A DNA stretch of 64,000 bases from an uncultured Thermoplasmata archaeon (GTDB lineage: Archaea > Thermoplasmatota > Thermoplasmata > Halarchaeoplasmatales > Halarchaeoplasmataceae), in contig CAYMXS010000006.1 of NCBI GenBank assembly GCA_964394465.1, positions 5,836 through 69,835 of the forward strand. The letters are read 5' to 3'. Of the stretch, positions 60,029 to 64,000 are shown one piece after another (position 1 is the stretch's first letter; each line of letters opens with the position of its first letter). The position numbers and the translations under genes are program-made. The notes beneath the pieces were generated by a model. It saw only the letters and a list, made by a program, of their open reading frames with translations. It was not told the origin of the DNA and made no database searches.

Positions 60029-61669
60029 ATCTCTACGGTTCTGGGAATTCACGACGGGCACGACGCCGGAGCTGCTTTGATAGACGACGAAAAGATCATA
60101 GCGGTCAACGAGGAACGGTTGAGCAGGGAGAAATACCATCGGGGCTTTCCAGAACGTTCGATAAAAAAAGTTTTAGAACTCTTCGATGGAAAACCAGAAG
60201 ATATCGATAGAGTCGCAGTTGCGGGCATCTACAGGAAGAAGAAAAGACTGCTCAAGATGAAGAACGGTATCGAAAGGATGATCGGTAATCCACAGAAGAT
60301 GATCAACGTGGAGCATCACCTTGCTCATGCGGCCGGCGCATACTACACCGGCGGATGGGATAGGACCACCGTTCTGACCATCGACGCAGCGGGAGACGGT
60401 CTTTCCTCTACGGTTTATAGTGGAGAAGATGGGAGATTGAAGAAGATAGCCCAGTCATCATATCTGGATTCCTTAGGAGATTTCTACGCGTCCATAACCG
60501 ATATGCTTGGATTCGTTCCCATGAGGCACGAGGGGAAGATCATGGCCCTGGGAGCGATGGATGGAGTAAAAAAATATGATTTCTCAAACTGCTTGAGTGT
60601 GAACGGGATGAGCTTTGAGAACCGGACGGAGGTGACGGGCTCTGAATGTACAAGAGAGCTGGCGGAAAAAACAGATTTTCCTCTCAACCGAAAAGATGAG
60701 TGCGCCAACGTTCTGAGGAAGGGAAAGATGGAGCACGAACTGTCGAGAAAAGCGGTGGACATAGCCAGTTCGGCCCAATCACACCTTGAAAAATCCCTTA
60801 ACGAGCTGTGTAGGAACCTGCAGAGTAGCGGGTATCTGGACGAGGCGTCAAAACAAAGGATAGCCTATTCCGGAGGCGTGGCCCAGAACGTTAAAGGCAA
60901 CGCGGTCTTGAAAGAGAATTTCGATGAGTGCTGGGTATCTCCACACATGGGGGACGGTGGTCTAGCACTTGGAGCCGCCCTTTATGTAAATTCTGAGTTA
61001 AACAGTGAAAGGATCATGTGGGACTGGAAGGGAGACGTGAAAAACGTCTATCTCGGCCCAAGGTACGAGACTGAAAACCTGTTGAGTGATATAGAGGCTC
61101 GGAAAGAACTGAAGATCGAAGAGCCGAAAAACATAGAAAAGAGGATAGCGGAGGAACTATCTAGAGGGAACACGGTCTGCCTGTTCCAGGGAAAGATGGA
61201 GTACGGTCCCAGAGCATTAGGCAACCGTTCGATCCTGGCCGATCCTTCAAAAGAAGAGATGAAAGAACATCTGAACAACGCCCTCGGAAGGGAGCCGTTC
61301 CAACCATTCTCTCCGACCATCTTGGAGGGTTACAAAAAGAAATATCTTAAAGATCCAACGACCAACAAGTTCATGACCATGAGCTACGAAACGACGGAAA
61401 TAGCAAAAAAGGATATGCCAGCAACGGTACACGTGGACGGAACGACGAGGGCTCAGATAATAGATAAGACAGATAACGAGCTGTTCTACGAGATCATAAA
61501 AGAATTCGAAAAGAAGACCGGTATCGGAGCGGTGCTGAACACCAGCTTCAACCTGCACGGAGAGCCGATCGTGTGCGGGCCGGAAGAGGCCGTAGAGACC
61601 TTCGAAAAGACCGGACTGGATATATTAGTCCTGGAAGACCTTATACTGAGACCTCTAAGTTCTCGATGA
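60029..61669 (+). CDS. NodU/CmcH-family carbamoyltransferase; start non-canonical or frameshifted
   Basis: LGIHDGHDAGAAL, NEER, EHHLAHA, EGKIMAL, GGVAQN, GPRALGNRSILA, NTSFNLHGEP. Confidence 0.9.
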   Translation: MSTVLGIHDGHDAGAALIDDEKIIAVNEERLSREKYHRGFPERSIKKVLELFDGKPEDIDRVAVAGIYRKKKRLLKMKNGIERMIGNPQKMINVEHHLAHAAGAYYTGGWDRTTVLTIDAAGDGLSSTVYSGEDGRLKKIAQSSYLDSLGDFYASITDMLGFVPMRHEGKIMALGAMDGVKKYDFSNCLSVNGMSFENRTEVTGSECTRELAEKTDFPLNRKDECANVLRKGKMEHELSRKAVDIASSAQSHLEKSLNELCRNLQSSGYLDEASKQRIAYSGGVAQNVKGNAVLKENFDECWVSPHMGDGGLALGAALYVNSELNSERIMWDWKGDVKNVYLGPRYETENLLSDIEARKELKIEEPKNIEKRIAEELSRGNTVCLFQGKMEYGPRALGNRSILADPSKEEMKEHLNNALGREPFQPFSPTILEGYKKKYLKDPTTNKFMTMSYETTEIAKKDMPATVHVDGTTRAQIIDKTDNELFYEIIKEFEKKTGIGAVLNTSFNLHGEPIVCGPEEAVETFEKTGLDILVLEDLILRPLSSR

Positions 61670-62159
61670 AGGCGTCAGTACGACCCCTGAGCTCGTTCAA
61701 AAAGGTCTCCTTATCTTCCGGGGCGATGTATATCTTTCCACCGTAGATGGTACCTGGATCCGAGACGATCAGAAGACCGTCTCGCTCCCCTGCGAACATC
61801 GCATAGAACTTTCCAAGGTCGCTGTTCGAATACCTCCCGCCGACGAAGGAGATACCGAACCTTCTGATCGACAAGACGGGCAGGTGGTATGAACGTATCT
61901 TTTCTATATCGTTGTACGGTAATTCCTTTTTTCCGAAGGGCCACTTGCAGACCAAGGAATCCTCTGTCAAGATGTACTCAATCCGGTATGGTACGACCAA
62001 CAGGGACAGAGGTATCAAACCGACAAGGGCTATGATAAAAGAAGGCGCAAACTCCCTCTCCATCAGATATGATATCAGACCTAGAACTACGAGGAAGGCG
62101 CCCAGACCTCCGTAGAGTCCCCTTGTAGACCAGGTCACCTCAGGTCTGAAAGTCTTCAT
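61641..62159 (-). CDS. Membrane protein with a bacterial PH-like domain
   Basis: 2 TM segments followed by a beta-rich domain (ELPYNDIEKI..IAPEDKETF). Confidence 0.7.
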   Translation of the reverse strand: MKTFRPEVTWSTRGLYGGLGAFLVVLGLISYLMEREFAPSFIIALVGLIPLSLLVVPYRIEYILTEDSLVCKWPFGKKELPYNDIEKIRSYHLPVLSIRRFGISFVGGRYSNSDLGKFYAMFAGERDGLLIVSDPGTIYGGKIYIAPEDKETFLNELRGRTDAFIENLEVSV

Positions 62160-62210
62160 GGTTATAGATGTGATTAGATTTATTTTTAGTTTAGGGCTAA
62201 AAAACCTGAA

Positions 62211-62969
62211 CTAAGGTAGAAAACCTATCTCTATCACTCCAAGGAAGTACAAAAGAGCCAAGATCACGGGCTGGTGAAGAAGATATATCTTCAGTGAGTT
62301 ACGGCCCAAGAAGGTCATCACTTCTATCGGCTTTTTATCTGAAAGTTCAGGCACGTCGATTCTTCTTTTTCCTTCTGGATATAGCTCTTTTCCCAGATAC
62401 AGACCGACCAAGACGACGGCGAACCAAGGCAGTAATGGAAAGTAATCCACGCTCGAAAAACTGCTTGAAGTCAAGCCGAGCCAGAGCAGGATGTTTGTCT
62501 CCACCGTCATACTTCCCACCCACAGGCCAAGAGGGACAACTAAAAGAGCTATCAGCAGATTCACCTTCCTGTATCTCAGAAGTGGAAAGGCCAGTATTAT
62601 AGATACACCTATGAAATGAAGGATGCCGAAGAGAATATGATCACCAGGTATGACTAGATAGGTCACACCCGTTATTATCAGGCCATAGAAAAATATCTTC
62701 AGACCCCTTTTAATATACTTGAACGCCAGCTCTTTCTGGGAAAGGTCTGCCGACTTGGAATAGCTGAGCGTTAGTGAAAGACCGACCAGAAAGATGAAGG
62801 TCAGAGCGGTGAACCTACCCAGGATAAGAAGTTTCAGGGAGTAAACGTCGACACCGTAATCCCCGAAATAATACAGGTCGTAAAAGAAATGGAACAATAT
62901 CATCGTTATGACCGCGATGCCCCTAGCCACGTCGACTTCCCAGTACCTCTCCGGCTCCTCTTCATTCAT
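62211..62969 (-). CDS. DUF1624 / heparan-alpha-glucosaminide N-acetyltransferase-like membrane protein
   Basis: RYWEVDVARGIAV, FGILH, DYFPLLPW, GRNSLKIYLLHQP. Confidence 0.88.
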   Translation of the reverse strand: MNEEEPERYWEVDVARGIAVITMILFHFFYDLYYFGDYGVDVYSLKLLILGRFTALTFIFLVGLSLTLSYSKSADLSQKELAFKYIKRGLKIFFYGLIITGVTYLVIPGDHILFGILHFIGVSIILAFPLLRYRKVNLLIALLVVPLGLWVGSMTVETNILLWLGLTSSSFSSVDYFPLLPWFAVVLVGLYLGKELYPEGKRRIDVPELSDKKPIEVMTFLGRNSLKIYLLHQPVILALLYFLGVIEIGFLP

Positions 62970-63056
62970 CCGTTCTTGAAGAGTCCGAAAGAGGATAAAA
63001 ATCTTCCTACCTGTAAGAACAGATAGACCAAAAAGGAGGGAAAACTACATATAAGA

Positions 63057-63076
63057 GTATTCGAATATTCGAATAC
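63057..63076 (+). promoter_or_regulatory. Perfect 20-bp palindromic operator
   Basis: GTATTCGAATATTCGAATAC between a TATA-like CATATAAG and the ATG at 63078. Confidence 0.7.
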
Positions 63077-63077
63077 G

Positions 63078-63407
63078 ATGAGCCGAGAAGACGATGAGAT
63101 ACTGCGGTTACAGGCCGACCTGTGCAAGATGTTGGCGCATCCCCTCAGACTGAAGATACTGGAGGAACTGTGCGAAGGTGAGAAGAACGTCTCACAGTTA
63201 CTGTCCAAGGTGGACGCGCGTCAGCCCACGGTATCGCAGCACCTGAGAGAGTTAAAAAAAGCGGAACTGGTCAAGACGAGAAAGGATGGCGCCAAGGTCT
63301 TCTACCGCCTGGCTCATCCCGAGATAATGGACGCTTGCCAGATCATAAGAGATGTGCTGATCAAAAGGTACGATGAAGATAAAAAGATCCTAGAAGGAGG
63401 TAGATAA
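63078..63407 (+). CDS. ArsR/SmtB family regulator
   Basis: LAHPLRLKIL, VSQHLRELK, VFYRL. Confidence 0.93.
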   Translation: MSREDDEILRLQADLCKMLAHPLRLKILEELCEGEKNVSQLLSKVDARQPTVSQHLRELKKAELVKTRKDGAKVFYRLAHPEIMDACQIIRDVLIKRYDEDKKILEGGR

Positions 63408-63408
63408 T

Positions 63409-63810
63409 ATGAATGTGGAAGATGAAGAAGTAGAGAAGCTTAAGAAGGAGAAGATGAAGCAGATGATGAGTGGAGAGACACAAGAAGAGATCTCAGAGCC
63501 GATAAAGCTCAGCGACCGTAACTTTCAGGAGAAGGTGAAGGAACACGAGGTTATGGTCGTAGATGCATGGGCGCCCTGGTGCGGCCCCTGCAAGATGATG
63601 GAGCCCGTTATAGAGGAATTAGCTGAGAAGTTCGCCGGCCAGATAGTCTTCGGGAAGCTGAACGTCGACAACAATCAGCGGACGGCTAGTCAGTTCGGTA
63701 TATCCGGTATTCCAACTCTGTTGGTCTTCAAGAACGGCGAGGTAGCCGACAAGATGGTCGGCGCTTCATCGAAAGCCCAGCTGGAGCAGAAACTGCAGAG
63801 GTTCTTATAG
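63409..63810 (+). CDS. trxA: Thioredoxin
   Basis: WAPWCGPC, GIPTL. Confidence 0.95.
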   Translation: MNVEDEEVEKLKKEKMKQMMSGETQEEISEPIKLSDRNFQEKVKEHEVMVVDAWAPWCGPCKMMEPVIEELAEKFAGQIVFGKLNVDNNQRTASQFGISGIPTLLVFKNGEVADKMVGASSKAQLEQKLQRFL

Positions 63811-63858
63811 AAAGGGGTAAAAGCATAAATCACACCCCTAGTGTGGAGAGACGATAAC

Positions 63859-64000
63859 ATGACTCACGACGTTTTGGTCATAGGGACTGGCCCCGCGGGT
63901 TACACCGCCGCTATCTACACCGCAAGATATCGTTTGGACACTATACAGATAGGCGAGATGCCCGGCGGCCTCTTATCGGAGTCTCCGGACGTATGCAACT
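63859..64000 (+). CDS. trxB: Thioredoxin reductase, 5' partial
   Basis: MTHDVLVIGTGPAGYTAAIYTARY..GG. Confidence 0.85.
   Translation, partial: MTHDVLVIGTGPAGYTAAIYTARYRLDTIQIGEMPGGLLSESPDVCN

Overview
Archaeal chromosomal window. The acidic proteome, GGAGGTGA-type Shine-Dalgarno (SD) sites and gene order suggest a halophilic Thermoplasmatota-like lineage (inference). The core is the large ribosomal protein operon on the - strand (rpl3 to rpl15, secY, DUF106, cmk, cbf5; about 19.7-35.3 kb), followed by an intron-containing tRNA-Ser(GGA). Other housekeeping genes include glyS, lhr with its phosphoesterase, and arsR-trxA-trxB. Accessory content is an AT-richer block of secreted/surface proteins (1-9.3 kb), an MNT-HEPN pair and a large solute-binding protein. 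The most striking element is at 41.7-49.6 kb. Two tandem Rab/Ras-like small GTPases, one with a degenerate G4, converge on a ~2050-aa single-pass surface glycoprotein whose cytoplasmic tail looks longin/roadblock-like, a candidate receptor-small GTPase signalling module. A second highlight is a candidate hairpin sRNA at ~1.2 kb that is complementary to the ribosome-binding region of the cysteine protease gene 7.5 kb away. All product calls come from motif recognition by eye; no searches were run.
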